A stretch of 49,426 nt of DNA, counting the filler, from Streblomastix strix (Eukaryota): NCBI GenBank assembly GCA_008636045.1. It is 3 parts of 3 records of this genome, joined end to end, with 100 filler letters (N's around TTAATTAATTAA, not from the genome) between each part and the next. Parts side by side here need not be neighbours in the genome. Positions count along the whole stretch, not along the records: positions 1 to 16,410 come from SNRW01000817.1; positions 16,511 to 32,918 come from SNRW01000818.1; 1 more part is not named here. The stretch is one strand, 5' to 3'. The position numbers and the translations under genes were made by a program. Under the pieces are notes generated by a model, which was not told the DNA's origin, did not search any database, and saw only the letters and a program-made list of their open reading frames with translations. Shown in pieces: positions 13,001 to 27,630 of this stretch; position 1 is the stretch's first letter, and every line of letters begins with the position of its first letter.

Positions 13001-14589
13001 TTTGCAACTTGTTAAATTAAACAGAGTTGAAGAGAGATTGAAATTCCTCCTTTTCAGATCAAGGAGTGCAGAAATTGCAGAATATCTCCTCCCTGCATAC
13101 AAAGCTGTGATATATGCATGTGCTGAACTAAAAGGAAAATTGGATCAGGTGGAACTTGATTACTCAAAAGGTTCTATTAGAAAAAGGAATCTATCAAAGA
13201 ATACTCCATAGAAGTCCAATACCAGAAATAAACCTATGATTATACTGATACTTGAGTCCATACTTGCAATAGGAAACTATTTAAATGGGGAGAGTAATCA
13301 AGGATGTGCGTATGGTTGCAGATTGGACGTTCTCTCAAAGATCTGTGATTTCAAAGGAAATGATAACAAGACAACATTACTGGAGTATTTGGTAGTAAAG
13401 ATTGGGGTTAACGGACAAAAGAAAGAAATTTAGTAAGAGAAAGATTAATATAAAGAATTTTTCACCTCACAACCTACAAAATCTGCTTAGAGTAGTTCAG
13501 AGAAACTGAATATTCAGACCATGGATGTCTAATTCATTACATATGCAGCGGATAAACTCAACGCTGAATGGAGTAATGTAATCAAAGCATCAAAACAATC
13601 ACTTCCAACATTAGCTTAAGATGCAAATGAAATCAATCAAGGAATGCTTCTTGTTGAGAAGGAAATCCGTGAAGCTAAAAAAGCGCTCAATATCAGAGCA
13701 TCATCTCCAAGTGAAGATCAATAATCATAAATTAATCATTTAAGATCTCCAAACAAACATGGATCAACTTCTCCTGTGATTACTTCATCATCTGAAACTA
13801 AAAGCGGGAATAAAATGTACTTGAAATTGCTGGAATCTTTCTATTCTTCATTCTAAGCATAACATGAGGAGATCAAAATATGCAAAGAATAATGCGAGAA
13901 AGATGTTGATGGAACTATTCGCACATTCAATGAGGATCCAACCAAGATATCTTCTGAGGAATTCTTCACTATATTCACTAATTTCCTGGAGAAAGTCAAT
14001 GTATGAATTATTATAATTGTAATTATATATAAATTATAAATACTATTCTATATATTCTATATATAATATAAAGAAAGTTGCAAATGATGTCAAGAACAGA
14101 GAAAGCAACAGACGTAAGGACATTGAGAGGAAGAAACACGAAGATCAGAAGAAATCTGAATAACAGACAAATAAATCATTGCTTATTCAGAAGTCATAAG
14201 GAGTTGGATAAGCATCAGTAGCTATCAAAGCCATGCAGGGTACTTAATCCACTGATAATTTGTTACTACTGAAGGATACATAGAATGATAGTTCCAACAG
14301 TAAAAGTAGCCTTATTAGAGAAATGTAAAACAAAATCATCCTATAGTAGACATCAGGTTTGAATAGATTATCCGACTCTCAATCTCAATCAACCTTACCT
14401 GCATTCCGTCCAAGACTCCCAACAAAGAGCGCTAATTAATCACTAAGATCTCCTTTATTTCATTCTAATGAGTAGAACTAGGGAAATTAAAGCTAAAATG
14501 ATGGAAAAGACAATATAATGATCGACATAAACACTTAGATCGTTTAAGGCAATTAGTTGATGCGTAAACGAGCTCGTAAGGACGAGTGA
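10008..14589 (+). CDS. Diaphanous-type formin (GBD/FH3-FH1-FH2-DAD-like)
   Basis: GBD/FH3 (LRVTLSTSNEKWFQEFFNNNGL, CYKAIMNN), Pro-rich FH1 at ~12150-12450, FH2 motifs PLKVLHWTKL, LLDSKRQNNAGIML, ILAIGNYLNG and NKTTLLEYLV, and a basic DAD-like tail (..IVQGNQLMRKRARK). TGA at 14587-14589. Confidence 0.93.
12280..12430 (+). repeat. Degenerate 18-bp coding tandem repeat, (I/V)PxAP(G/S), in the formin FH1
   Basis: Translates as IPSAPSIPPAPGIPAAPGIPSAPGIPPAPGIPSAPGVPSAPGIPGAP. Confidence 0.85.
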
Positions 14590-14848
14590 GTAGTATTATT
14601 ATTTTTTACAGAAATACATATTTTACGTATCATATCTAGAAAACTTTAATATGTATTTTGATAATAAATAGCCTTTTTCTATTAATTTAAATATATCCTC
14701 TAAAAATTTTTATTTATTTATTGAATTCTAAAGAGTTTAACTTCATAATGTAAGAACTGGTCTATTAGTAATTTAAAATCATCGTTATTATTTAATTCAT
14801 ATTCTTAATCTTTAGGCTTTTCTTTATTCTTTTATTATTCCTTTATTT

Positions 14849-16410
14849 TCACCAATTGACTGATTATTCATTAGTAAGATGATTTGATGTTGGAGCAGAT
14901 AACTTCTTCAGAGACCTGATGATGCAGTACGCATCAGCATTGTGAATTGTTGCCTATATACAATCAAAGAAATGTTAAATTGTGATTATTTCTTTGGTCA
15001 ATCAATAAGTTTCATACAATAAAACGGATTTTCTCTTTTATCCCGGATATGTATACTGGTTGTTATATTCCAGCAACAAAGAAGATGACAGTTCCTTTTT
15101 CTGAGTCGTATTCCATCTTCACTATTTGATTATCTGCGAAACCAGTATTTCCTGCGGTTGTTGTTCCTTAGTAATACACTTGGCCGTTGTATGGACTGTT
15201 AAATACATAGATAAATACATATATAAATCATTAAATAATAACAAAGTTTAACATACGCTCCTTCATAAGCAGCCATATTCTGATCGTCTAAATATTTGAG
15301 TTCATAAAAATATAAAATTTCAAATACAAAATTTGGAATAAAAAATTATGCATACGAGGGCCGCTTCCAGGCAAAATTCCATCAGTTGCAATGGTATATG
15401 TGTCTTTCACAATGCCAACGGCTAATAAAATAATAAAATAAACAGAAAATAATTTGTAAAAATAAACTTTGATTTCAAACCAGAATGTCCTCCTTTAGTG
15501 TTGAAAAATTCAACTTCAGTGGCATAGACTCCATTTTCAAGAACATAGCCCAAAGATACTGTATTCCATTTGTTCTGTTTCTTGCTGATCTTCAATTATC
15601 CATTGGCTTCAACCGAACTAACAATATCTCCAGGATCATGATTGATGATGTTCATTTGAAGTTCTAATATGAAAAAAAAGAGAAAGGAAATATATTTATA
15701 ATAACAACAATAATATATATTTAACCTATTGGAAGTTAAAATCTCAATTCCTCAATTTCATCTTCTTTCTTCTCTTTCTCATACTTCAATATTTCTTTTT
15801 GAAGTTCTTCTTTCAACTTTTAGATTTCTTCATCTTTCTCTTTTTCTTTGTTTTCAATATCTTTAATAAATTAGTCAATTTATTATTCACCATATTTCAT
15901 CTTCAGTTAAATAACTTCTTATTTGAACTTTTCATTCTCTCTACTCAATTAGAAGTTTTTCTAATCTGCTTTCAGTTTCTCAATTTCTGTTTATTGCCTC
16001 TTTTCTTCTTCATATTTTAGTTTCTAGAACTATTTTTCATATTTTTCATATTTTTCTTTTTCTTTCTCATATTATTCTGTTTTTATTTATGTAAATCTCT
16101 AATCTTTTAAATTTGTTTCTTCCAATTCAGATATTGTTTGATTTTTAGATGCAATCAATTCAAGAGCTTTTCTTTTCTAGTTTTATTCATCCCTCAGTTG
16201 TTTTTCAGCTTCTTATCTCTTTTATAATTCTTCACTTGCAATAATCTTAACTTTTTCTTTTTCTTCATGTTCAGACAAGTATTTCTATTCAAATTCACCA
16301 ATAAGATCAGATTCATCTTCAACTTCTTATTTTAATCTTTCATTTTCCTTTTTCTGATTTTAATTATCTTTTTTGATTCTTCTGTTTTCATCTTCAACAT
16401 TTCTTCTTCT
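14849..16410 (-). CDS. Coiled-coil protein with C-terminal B30.2/SPRY-like domain, 5' end cut by contig end
   Basis: Long E/K/Q-rich coiled coil, then short exons NTVSLGYVLENGVYATEVEF, VGIVK, GNTGFADNQIVKMEYDSEKGTVIFFVAGIQQPVYISGIKEKIRF, ending ..QSVNW-TGA. Confidence 0.72.
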
Positions 16411-16510
16411 NNNNNNNNNNNNNNNNNNNNNNNNNNNNNNNNNNNNNNNNNNNNTTAATTAATTAANNNNNNNNNNNNNNNNNNNNNNNNNNNNNNNNNN
16501 NNNNNNNNNN
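16411..16510. other. Artificial contig spacer
   Basis: 44 N + TTAATTAATTAA (standard-code stop in all six frames) + 44 N. Confidence 0.97.
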
Positions 16511-18444
16511 CTTCATCATCGTTAATTTCTTCAATAAGTACACTCTATTTCTTTTTATTTGATTGATTTTCACTTGATTATTTAAATCTGGAGATTTTTT
16601 GTTACTGATATGGAATATTGTCTTAATTTTGTTATTTTCCATTTAAGGGAGTTTTTGGCTGTTGGAAAATGATAATCAATTTTTTGTTATTTTGTGGAAT
16701 TGATTCTGATTATGGATTTTGTTCATCAGTTTGGCTCAGCCCGGCTTTCTTAAGAGCTTCGTTAATTAGTGAAACTCTCATCTAATGGAAAATATTTTTA
16801 AAAATAATATCATTTAATTTTTTAAATTAAAATATTAATTAATAATTTATAAATAAATAAATATTGATAATAATATATAGATAATCAAAAAAATGCATAC
16901 TCTTTAAATCATTTATAGATATGTGTACTTCAAAAGTTTGTTGACTATAGCCAATTTATCTTTATATTTTGTAAGATCTCTGGGATACCTTAATTGTTAT
17001 AAAAAAATATTAAAAAAGAAAAATAATTAATTTTATTTAAACTATAAATTTTTAATGTTTATATAAAAATTAATAATAATAAAATAAATATAAACTCGAT
17101 AAAATGTTTCTCTTTGAGTGCAATCATTGGCTCATAATTCTAATCAGTAAAATGCTCCATGAATATTCGAGGATTAATTGCTCCAGTTCTAAACATGAGT
17201 AGATACGCCTATCTGAATGCGGGAATAACTATTAATTATTAAGACTTATTATTTTATAGCTCACTTTATTCTTGTAATTTGTACTGAACCAGATAGTTTT
17301 GGCACAAGCGCTCAAATTCAGGCTTTGAAATTTCAACCTTTTTCGGTGAAAGTAGTTCTCCAATATCATTCTTTTCTTCTTCATCATCAAATTCTTAGTT
17401 GTAATCAGCGAGTCCAACATCTTTCAAATTAATCAGTTTGTAGTCAACAATCTGTGTTATTTGATTAATATGCTCCTTCATCTATTCCTCATAATTATCG
17501 AACTTATTGATCATTGTAAGACAATAATTTTAGTACTTAGAAGGATTATTCTGTAAATATTAAATTACTTCTTCAAATTGGTCATAGTATGGAAATTCGT
17601 TGAATATTGGATGATTTTAAATTTCTTTAACTTTGCAATTCAGAATTTCTTATTCATGCACCAACAAATAGAAATATAATCCTTTTTTCATTGAATATAC
17701 AAATTTGTTCTATTTGGACCATTTCAGCAAATATAAATCACTTCTTTATGTATCATCTATTTCATTGGATTTAATATTATTTTATTTCTAAGAATTTTGA
17801 TCTAATAGAATTTATGCATTCATTAATTCATTCATCTTCTGATAAGCCAAGTCAATCTTTTAATGGGGATCAAGTTGAGTATATTCTTTATCATTAAATT
17901 GAATGTTGAGATCTATTTCAGATGAAGTACAAACTAAGTATTATTAAATAAAGTAATTGATTAAAAATATTAAATAAAAATAATTTATACTATTAACACA
18001 TTCAGTTAAGTTAGCATCAATAGGTTTATCCATGTGAAATATATCATCTTCATCATTTGCAATTTATTTAGCTAAATCTGCCTATAACTAATTAAATCCA
18101 GATTCAAGTTAATATAATTGATGTATGATGAATTCTTTATCAGCCAGCAATAAAACATCTCCATTTCGAACTCCTGAAGTTATTTAGTATTATATATTAG
18201 ATGATAATATATACAAAATATATATACCTTATAAGTGTACTGATTCATTATATTTGAGTCTATTCTATCTCAAATAAAGTGAAAAATTTATAGGATTTTT
18301 ATCTGGCTAAGATAACTTGATGATTTCTTATACAGTAGCATTAGATGTTGTTTAGACTTCAATAATTTTAGCAGAGGCCCAATAAGAAACGTGCAATTAG
18401 AGTGGCAAATCTTAGTTTAAATTAGATAATCTTGGTGAGTTCAT
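16511..18444 (-). CDS. Hypothetical multi-exon protein with possible N-terminal ubiquitin-like fold, 3' end cut by contig end
   Basis: ATG at 18444. LQLHVSYWASAKIIEVQTTSNATVQEII..FSLYLRQNRLKYNESVHLQ|GVRNGDVLLL has beta-grasp-like spacing. The rest is helical and unrecognised. GT-AG introns present. Confidence 0.6.
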
Positions 18445-19099
18445 CTAAGACATAAATTTATTAGAGAAAAGAATTATAAATTATATAATGGACAAAAAAT
18501 AATAAATTCTTAGTAAGCTTATAACAGAATAACATAAAAAATTAGAATAATTAATCAGTATTACGGCTTGAAAATTAGAAATTAAATGCAAAAATTAATT
18601 CGAATATAATATAGCTATTTTTAACTATAAAAAGTATCGTTGTTCTATAAATATTGTTTAGTTAAGTTAATTAATTTAAAATATTATATTTATTTTGATT
18701 TATATTCCTTAAATAGTGTAATAAACGAGTTTTTTTAAACTTTTTGAATTAGTTAGGTATTAGATTGGAATAATCTTAAATAATGTAAATTACTTACTAT
18801 ACGAGTTTATTTATAAGGCACAGACAGGATGCATACGAAAAACTGAGGTTTTGAGTCTATATTGAAAATTTTGAAAATTTGTGTTTCGTTTTTTAAAAAA
18901 TAAGAATATTCCAAAGTTATATCCTTAATTTATAAGTGATAATTTGCTATAATTTATTATTGATACTATGCGAAGTGAATTACTATTTTACAACACACGA
19001 AAAAGAAGAAAAACGGGAAAAGTATAAATTGTTGATTGCTTATCATTGATTAACTATTAGAATTTAATAATTATTTTTATTATCTTATTAATTAATTGT

Positions 19100-22000
19100 T
19101 CACTCTCGTTAAGAAACGTACTATTTCCTCTTGGCTGATTATTTCTTTGGTGGACCAGCTTCCTTTTTCTAAAATAATATAAAAAATTAGTTAAATAAAA
19201 TGCAATAAAATATGAAGAAAACTATTATCAACAAATTTAATATAAATACAAATCATTTTAAAATATATCATTAATAAATATAAATACAAATCATATATTC
19301 ACACACCCTCTAATACACCAGATAGAAGCAAATTATCAGTATCACCAGCAGCGATACGAAAATAACCGACGCAACAACAATCCCAGCAATTTCACCATCA
19401 GTCAAACCATGCCCAGTTACTCTGAAATCAGGTGACACTTGATCCCCTTCAACAACATCCTGTTTCTAAAAAGTCCCATTTCTAGTTTCAACGATTAGAT
19501 GGGCGTTGACTGTGATTCCTCTCTTAATCAAGTCATCTTTGGTTATGGTGCCCTCAAAGTAGGTGTCGTTTTCCCATAAGGACGCGATATCCTCCAATCT
19601 GTAGCGCATGGTCTTGATTTTATCGTCATCTTTATCATCGGCGTTAATTTGAGTGGGATTCAAAATTTAAGTCTTTTTTGTATTGAATCTTGATTTGCTA
19701 TTGAATCTTGATCTAATATTATTGACTATATTCTATAATTTATTCAAATTATTACTTTTCTTATCGGCACGAAGCTGCACTTCAATCCACAACTTCCCAC
19801 ATCCAACAAGTGTCTCGCCGTGTATCACAACATCAATTCCAGTGATTTTCTTAGCATTCGAAGCTGTGAAATTCTGAATTACTGGAGAATATAGAAGATT
19901 TGTTTTAATTTCTCCAAGTGAACCAGTTATCTTACAACTCTCTCTATTTTCCTGAATCCACTTATTCTTACTTGTTACTAAAAGTTTCTCAGAAAAACCA
20001 TCTCCAGTGAAAGAACCGAAATCTGCTCTAAGTGATGCGAATTAGCCATTTGTATCACTTTGACATACAATATTCCTTCTTGCGCTCCAAATCCAGCCAT
20101 TAATAACTGGTAGTTTATTGCCATATAATTTAGTTGTACCAGTAAGTGTTACTTTACCACCAGCTTTGATTTTTATTCCACCTTCTTGCAGTTCAGTGAA
20201 AGTTGAGTTTTCGATCCAGACTATTGATCTCTCAACTTATATTGCACCTGTGCTCCATTCACAATATCCTTAAACTTGCCCTTCATTCACTTCTTCAGAT
20301 GGAACTCCTTTGAAAGTGGTGTTTTGTATTATCGCTGTGAAGTTGACTATTTCTATGGCACTTCCTTATTCTTATTCATTAGCATTGAAAACTCCATTAT
20401 CATCATAAATTGAATTAAATGCAGAACTTTATCCAGAATTCAAACTAACCCCTAAACTATTGAACTCGGAATCTGTTATAATAGCTGTATGTTTATTATT
20501 ACCTTTTGATCCTTTAATTGTAATTCCACTGCATCCAATGAAAGTAGTTGGTTCCATAATTACATAATCCAGAACAACTTGTTTCCCATTAGCCAAAATA
20601 AATGGAGAATTCTTAATCTTAGTGGAAGTTGGTTCATAATCTATCCCTTGCGTGGTTTTATATCTTTTCTGTGGTGATAGAGTGACATCAACTAACCTAA
20701 GTACTCCATTAGCTTCTGTTTTAATCACTGGCTGGTTTATATTTTAATTGAAATGAGCCAGTGTCAAACTTTCAAACTACACTTTAGCATCACCACGAAT
20801 AGTCAACAAAGGAGCATTTTCAGTCTCAAGTGGTTAAACTACTGGTTTATTCGCCTAAGTAGCGATCATTGGGTTATGTGGCATTATTATAACTTACCTA
20901 AGTTGTGCCTATTATAAATTAATCTCCTCATATATCTAACTCAAAGATAGAGTAATAGATACACTTTATCCGTTATTGATCAACCTTCCAATCTCATTCT
21001 TGATTATCCCCACATTTCCAACCACTACGATCTACTCAGTTGTCTAAGTATGGAATATGACTTCATCAATCCTAGGTTAAATTTAAGGAGGTTCAGTTTC
21101 TATATAAATTGATCCTTAGTCTGAATCTATTTGTTCTTCTCCTTCTCCTTCTGCTTCACCTGAGTCATCATATCCGATATCACCCAGATCTGATTGACCT
21201 GGACAGGTTATGTGGGAGTTGGATTGAATTTGGGATTAATGTTGAGAGATGTGATTGGGTATGGATTGTAGATTTATGGATTATTGTTGTTATTATTACT
21301 GTTGTTATTGTATTTATTATTATTATTGTTGATGTTATAATTATTGATTTTATTATTATATAGAGTTTTGATCAGAAATCTAACTATACTGCTAATTAGT
21401 ATTCAGAGTTTCTGTTTTGAAAGACCCCAGGTTTATAGCCGAATCATTACTCCCATCTCTTGTTATGATTATATGTGGTTTGAAACTATTAGATCTCGAA
21501 GTATAGAAATGTGTTGAATTCAATTCAGGAGCAGAATTGACTGTTCTGATCCAAATATCACTCCCTTTAAATCCTCTATCAAATTAGAAACGATTATTGT
21601 TGAATTGGAAAATTGTTTTCGCTCTAATATCAAGCGCGATTGCTCCACCATATCCAAAACCTCTGATTTTCTCGAATTTGCAGCTGTTGAACTGAATTTA
21701 CCTCAAAACTGAACTTACAGATGAAGATCCAGCAACTAGAGTTACTGCATTTCCAATAGAATTACTGTTACATGCATATGATATATCGTTGAATATGGTA
21801 CTTTGAGCGACGAATTTGAAACCATATGTACTCGATATACTTGAATGGATACACCTTGATTTCAAACTGTCAGCTGCACCACTGATATTATCATACTTGC
21901 ATTCAATGAAAGTTATATCAGATGTTTGTTGTGCTTCAATTTAAACAGCATTTCCATTTAAGGTGAAAGATATATCTTCGAAATCCGTATACGAGATGTT

Positions 22001-24087
22001 ATTATTAGATGCAAGTGATCTAATATAATTGCCCCCTTGATTATCATTTAGTAATACACTTGAGAAAATTGATCTTTCAATTGAATTAGTTCCAATTTAC
22101 AGTAAAGAGCATGAAGTAGTAGTTATTGAAATAGCAGCAGTATCAGCATCAAGTTTGTTATTCAGAAACTATGAATTAGAAATAAGACATTATGTACTTG
22201 ATCTTGAACAGACAATACATCCTAAGTTATTACCGGAGAAATATCCATCAGTAAATTAAGTACCATATATATCAATTGATCCTAATGTAGCAACTATGAA
22301 AGGTTCTATTATTTAATTCACATTGTTTATTCCATCTCCAGTAAATGAGCATTTAGTAATACTCAATTTAACCGCAGTGTTGTGTTATATAGTACCACCT
22401 CCTACAAGTCTACAATCAAGTAAATTAATTGATCTGCTACCTTCTGCTTTTATGAAACCACCTTTCCAATGTTGCTATTCAATCTTCTATATATAGATAT
22501 CTCCAATAACTGTTTATTCTATATTGATAATGAATAATCCTGTTCCTTCGCTTGATTGTAGACTACCCCCTAATCTGATTTTTTCTTTCTTCCTTTCAGA
22601 ATTTCCTACTATCCATATTTTATCTCTGTTGCATCCGTTTGTTGAATCAATGCTGATTATTTCAGTGTGTTTTTCAATGGATGGTGCAACTAAACTGATA
22701 ATCAATTCTTTAGTTTGGAGTTGATCTCCAAGAGCTAATGATACTGAAGCTACTTCGTTTGTAAGAACAGTCTAAAGTACGTATTTCTTATCAATTCCTA
22801 CATTTTATACAAATGTCGATGAGTATATATTGATATTATTACTAGTGACATCATATACTTCATAATATACGCTATTAGCCAAATTAGATCTACTTCCCAA
22901 TAAAGCATCAATGAAGTATTCCTCATAGCTGTTGTAACCTTATGATGGGAAAACCATGTCATTATCAGTCTTAAGGATATATACATCTCCAAATAAATAT
23001 GGATTTTTCTCGTTCTCGAAGAATTCGTTGTCTTTGATCTATAATAGATGGCAATTCCGGATAGCTAAGTAAATAGCGCCACTAATTAAACCTTGACATC
23101 TAATAAACTTGTTGTTGTTGATTCCAATCTGCAGTGATGCAGCTCGATTATCAAATCTTATAAAAATAGCACCAGCTCTCTAAAATGTCTATGTGGAGCA
23201 GCTATCAAAGTTATTCCCAGAAATTTCAATCTCGGCGATAACATTTTCATCTGAATATGTAATTTCGAGTACAGATGCACTTTCTTACTCATAATCTGAG
23301 TTCATATTAGTTAGAAAATTGTTCTTAATGCTGATCCTGGAACATCCGCCAAGAGCAACTGCACTTCTAATTAAGTTTGCATCATGGATGTTGCAATCGT
23401 TAATTTCGATTAATTTGCAATAACTTGCATATACAAAACGATTAACACTTGTTCTATTCAATCCAAACCCTTAGAACTCACAGTTCTGAATAGTTAATGA
23501 AGCTCTGTATATATCAGATGGATTACCAGATGCGAAAATAAGGTTTTCACTTGGTGAAGGAAAAGGAATTCCAGAATCTTATGCGATGAATTGATATCTC
23601 AGTTCGATGAAATCGAGTGTAAGTTCTCCTTGGGTGATGAAAATTATCGAATTTTGTGTTTCGGTTTGTTAGCTGTAGCGCCAGATTGTGCGTATGGGTG
23701 TGTTGCTTAAATCTTTGTAGCCACCCTGCAAAATAAATAAAAATAAAAATAGATATATAAATAAATTAAACTAAAAAAAATGTTTAATACTATAATTACA
23801 ACTTTGATATTCTTGGTTATATTCAAATATTCATAGTGTTCAGCATCAACGAATGTGATTTCATAACCATTTGATTCTAAGCAAGTTTTAAGAAGTACAG
23901 CTGTAACGGTTTTTTCAACACCTAATTGAGTCTGTCCAACATTCCACTTGCAATACGCGTTTGAGGATTTGCAGGGCGAAGGATTTATTGAAAGTGCGGA
24001 GAGTGAAGTGAGTTAATTATCTGATTATAATATCTAGTTGTTCTAACAAAAACTAATTGCTATAACTAATAGAAGGCTCCAAATCAT
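19100..24087 (-). CDS. ~1,590-aa type I membrane protein with Pmp-like/pectin-lyase beta-helix repeats
   Basis: Signal peptide MIWSLLLVIAISFC. Exons 24087-23791, 23725-19307 (4419 nt) and 19168-19100. AGAIF/SGAIY/GGAIA and FxxN-type motifs. TM IAGIVVASVIFVSLLVILIICFYLVY followed by a short basic tail. Confidence 0.82.
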
Positions 24088-25158
24088 CTAAAAAATAAGG
24101 AAATAAAAATAAATGAAATTTAACGAAAAATAGGTTAATTTATTTAATTTTGTGTCAAAAAAGAAAATAATTAATATTTTTTTGAGATTATAACGCGAAT
24201 TTTGTATAATAAAGAGTTCGGAGTAAAATAAAATGATTTTATTATTCTGCGCTAAATATGAATTTAAACTATTTATTGTTATATAAAAAAATTACTAAAC
24301 TATTTAATATAATAAAATAATTATTGATAATTATTTAAAAATTTATGGATTAAGCTGTATTTCACTGTGAAATTTTCTAATGCATAATCTCGGGCTGTGC
24401 TTAAAAAATTAATACTAGTTATAAAATTTAATAAACGATACGTGTGTGCATAGTAATTGCAAATTTTAAATACCTTGTAGAAGCTTGATTTCGATATGTA
24501 ACGTACTGGTTATTCGGAATGTTTGAAAACCCGTAGAAGAAGTTTCATTGTTTGAAATTATATTATTTAAATTGCACTATAAAATATTAATCGAAATTAA
24601 ACTAATTATTGCTATATTACCTATTTAATTAGCAATTACATAGTCAATTCTGGTTAATATAGAGAAAGTCAAATAAAAATCTTAGTGAATTGATTAAATG
24701 GAAAAAACAAGAAATGATCAAAAATTAAAATTAAAAATGTAGATGTGATTGTGATTCAAAAATAAGCAAAGATTTATCACCTCTATTCTAATAAGGATTT
24801 TCTTGCTGTCGATCAAAATTAAATATCAAATTATTAATTAATAATATAATATAGATAGTTATATAAAGCTGGTATTTATGAATTGAAGATTATTGCTAGA
24901 TGAATGATTAACTTAATTATGATTATTAGTTATTATCTATTAAGAGTGTGTAAATTACAGATTATCATTAATATAGATGCGATTATTTATATTAATTGTG
25001 ATTTATGCAATTTAAAATAATAAAATATAGTATGCTCAAATATTAAAATATAAAGTAAAATAATACGTAAAAGTAAAATAAAAGTAAAATATAAAATCAT
25101 TATCCACTCATTTGCTAATTTATGCAAACTTGTGTTATGCATTAGATATTAAAACTGC

Positions 25159-26924
25159 TCATATTTATTCCCCATAATTTTCAATCAGATTCCTTGATGA
25201 TGCCGATTATCTCATTACATGCCTAGTTTCCTGGGTTTAATAATATTATAAATAAAATTTCATATATTATTATATTTAATAATTAAATTAAGTCATTAAA
25301 ATAATTATAATTAAAATATGTAATATTATTTATTTATATAAATAACAAACTCTCTTATACAAGCACGAAATCAGCATCACTATTCCAACAATAATGAAAA
25401 CCAGAGCAATTGACCCTACAATAATACCCACTATAGTTCCTGTATTAAATACCTTTCCTTGTTCAATCAGTTCAAGCAGAGTTATATATCCTGTGATATC
25501 AACAAAGTTACCTTTGTATATATCAAAATGAACACTATTACCATTTACAGCATTTGATTGACTGCCATTGAACATTATTTGGATGAGTAGTTCGATGTTG
25601 TCGATCTTGTAGTAGAAAGGTGGATCATGGAATGAGAGGAAGGAATCTTGGCCTGTGACAATGGGTTTCTTGTTGCTGAGAGTGTTAATGTTAATTTAAT
25701 TGAATTTGCTTTTATTGAGATTATTATTATTGTTTATATTATGATAATTGATTTTAACATTATTAGTATTGTTATTATTTATGCTGTAACTATTATTGAT
25801 GTTTTAACTATTCAAATTCGATCTGAAAGTGTTATTTGTGAAGTCAAACTGTGAATATGGATTTCTCGACTCCACATAAATTCCACCAGTTATTTTTCCA
25901 GTACTAAATTCATAAGTATTATTGTTTACTATGAAAACATTGCTCATTTCTAATTCATTGATATCATCCATGATATATAAAGCACCTGCATTAGATCCAT
26001 CGGATGTGCAGTTGCTGAATAAGTTGAATAATATTTCAACTTTCAATCTATTTTTAGCTTCAATACTTAAAACAGCACTTTTCTCAGTATTCTCAGAAGT
26101 GATGTTAATAAATTAGCATTACCTGATTGTTATTGATCCTATTTGATCTCCATTAGACAGATGTATAGGTGCTTAATTGGATTATATGGATGCATCTGAG
26201 AATTTATTGTTAGCGAGAATTATTTCTTTACAATTGTCAACAGTGAGAAATGATATAGAAATTAATTCGTTATTTCCTTATCCTATAAATTCAGAGTTGG
26301 TTATTTCAATCTTCTTGACGTCATATGCAAATAAAAGGTGAATATTGATACCTGATTGATATTGAATTGAATGAAACGCACAATTATGTACTGTTAATGA
26401 TGGAAGATATTAATTATCTTTTACAGATATTAGAGCAAATTATGGTTAAATTGAATTAGAAGATGTGCTAGTAAAGTGGAATTCAAAGTTATCAAGAGTC
26501 AATATTCCTTATTAGACAGATATTATTTCTTCGTTGGTATTATTGATGCTCCATTTTGTTTGAGTTGTGTTAGTACCCTGAAAATAACAACAATAACAAT
26601 ATAAGGAGAAAAATAAATTATTAATTGATATTGAAAGAACTAATAAACCTTGATGAGTATTATTTAATCTTGGCTAATTTCCAAGTATTCATTATGCTCA
26701 GAATCAAGTAATGAAATTTCATATCCTTCAATGTCTGTACATGGAATAGAGATTGCTTAAGTAACTGTTTGGTAATCAATAGAACTCGATTTGCTCACTC
26801 TCCTTTAGCACACAGCATTGGAAGGTTTGTTTGAACGTGAATTATATGAAGAATATTTTGTAAATTCTAAAGATTTAATCTCACTAAATGCAGATACAAC
26901 AACAAGCAAAAGAACAAGAATCAT
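25159..26924 (-). CDS. Shorter paralogous Pmp-like beta-helix type I membrane protein
   Basis: Signal peptide MILVLLLVVVSAFS. SNAVC..GYEISLLDSEHNEYLEI is paralogous to the neighbour. AGALYI, TGGIYV and FTNNTFRSN motifs. TM IVGIIVGSIALVFIIVGIVMLISCLY. Last exon approximate. Confidence 0.78.
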
Positions 26925-27382
26925 CTAAAGTTTTTAAAAAAAATTATATTCAATAATAAAAATTTATAAATAATTATAAAATTTAGGATATGAAAATACA
27001 AATATATAAATTTCAAATTAATAATGATAATTACTTGGAATATGATGAAATAATTAGTAAAAACAGAAACTTATATAAAATCCAAATTATAGATTATTTT
27101 AAGGTTTTAAAGAAGAAATTAACAAAATAACTAAATATAATTTGTTTAAAATATTTGAAAATATAATAAAAAAACTTAAAAAACGTTTGTGAAGTTAAAT
27201 AAAATAAAAACAATTTTCTGAGCAAGATATTTCATACAGAATAAAAGAAATTTATTTTCAATAATAAATATTATATATCAATAATTTTTATAAAAAATTG
27301 GTTCCACTGCTATTAATAAATAAATTGGTGAGTGTATAATTGCAAATGGCATTGTTAATAATATATATGGACTGTACCAGAG

Positions 27383-27630
27383 AGCACTAATTCTGCCGCG
27401 CTAATTGTACCCATAATCTCCGCGTCAAATTATTATCAGCACTAAGGCATATTTCTACCGTGATAATTAGGCTCATAATCTCCACGCCAAATGATTATTC
27501 CTACAAAACACCATAATCTCCACGTCAAATAACAATTTCATCAACATGATGTATATTTTTATCATAGACAACTATTTTATTTACTCGAGGAGTCACAATG
27601 CAAAGCATTATCATGCAAAGCATTAGCATT
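27383..27630 (+). repeat. Cluster of short imperfect direct repeats, possibly subterminal repeats of the Polinton-like element
   Basis: CATAATCTCC(G/A)CG(T/C)CAAAT at 27412, 27474 and 27512. The first two copies are each preceded by AGCACTAA..TTCT(G/A)CCG..TAATT. ATGCAAAGCATTA occurs twice at ~27598-27626. Confidence 0.75.

Noticed and set aside
16455..16466. TTAATTAATTAA palindrome as a biological site (also 32963-32974)
   Set aside because: Centred in identical N-runs, so it is a synthetic linker.
27412..27530. Repeats as a CRISPR array
   Set aside because: Only three degenerate 19-bp copies with uneven spacing (62 and 38 bp), in a eukaryotic context with no cas genes.
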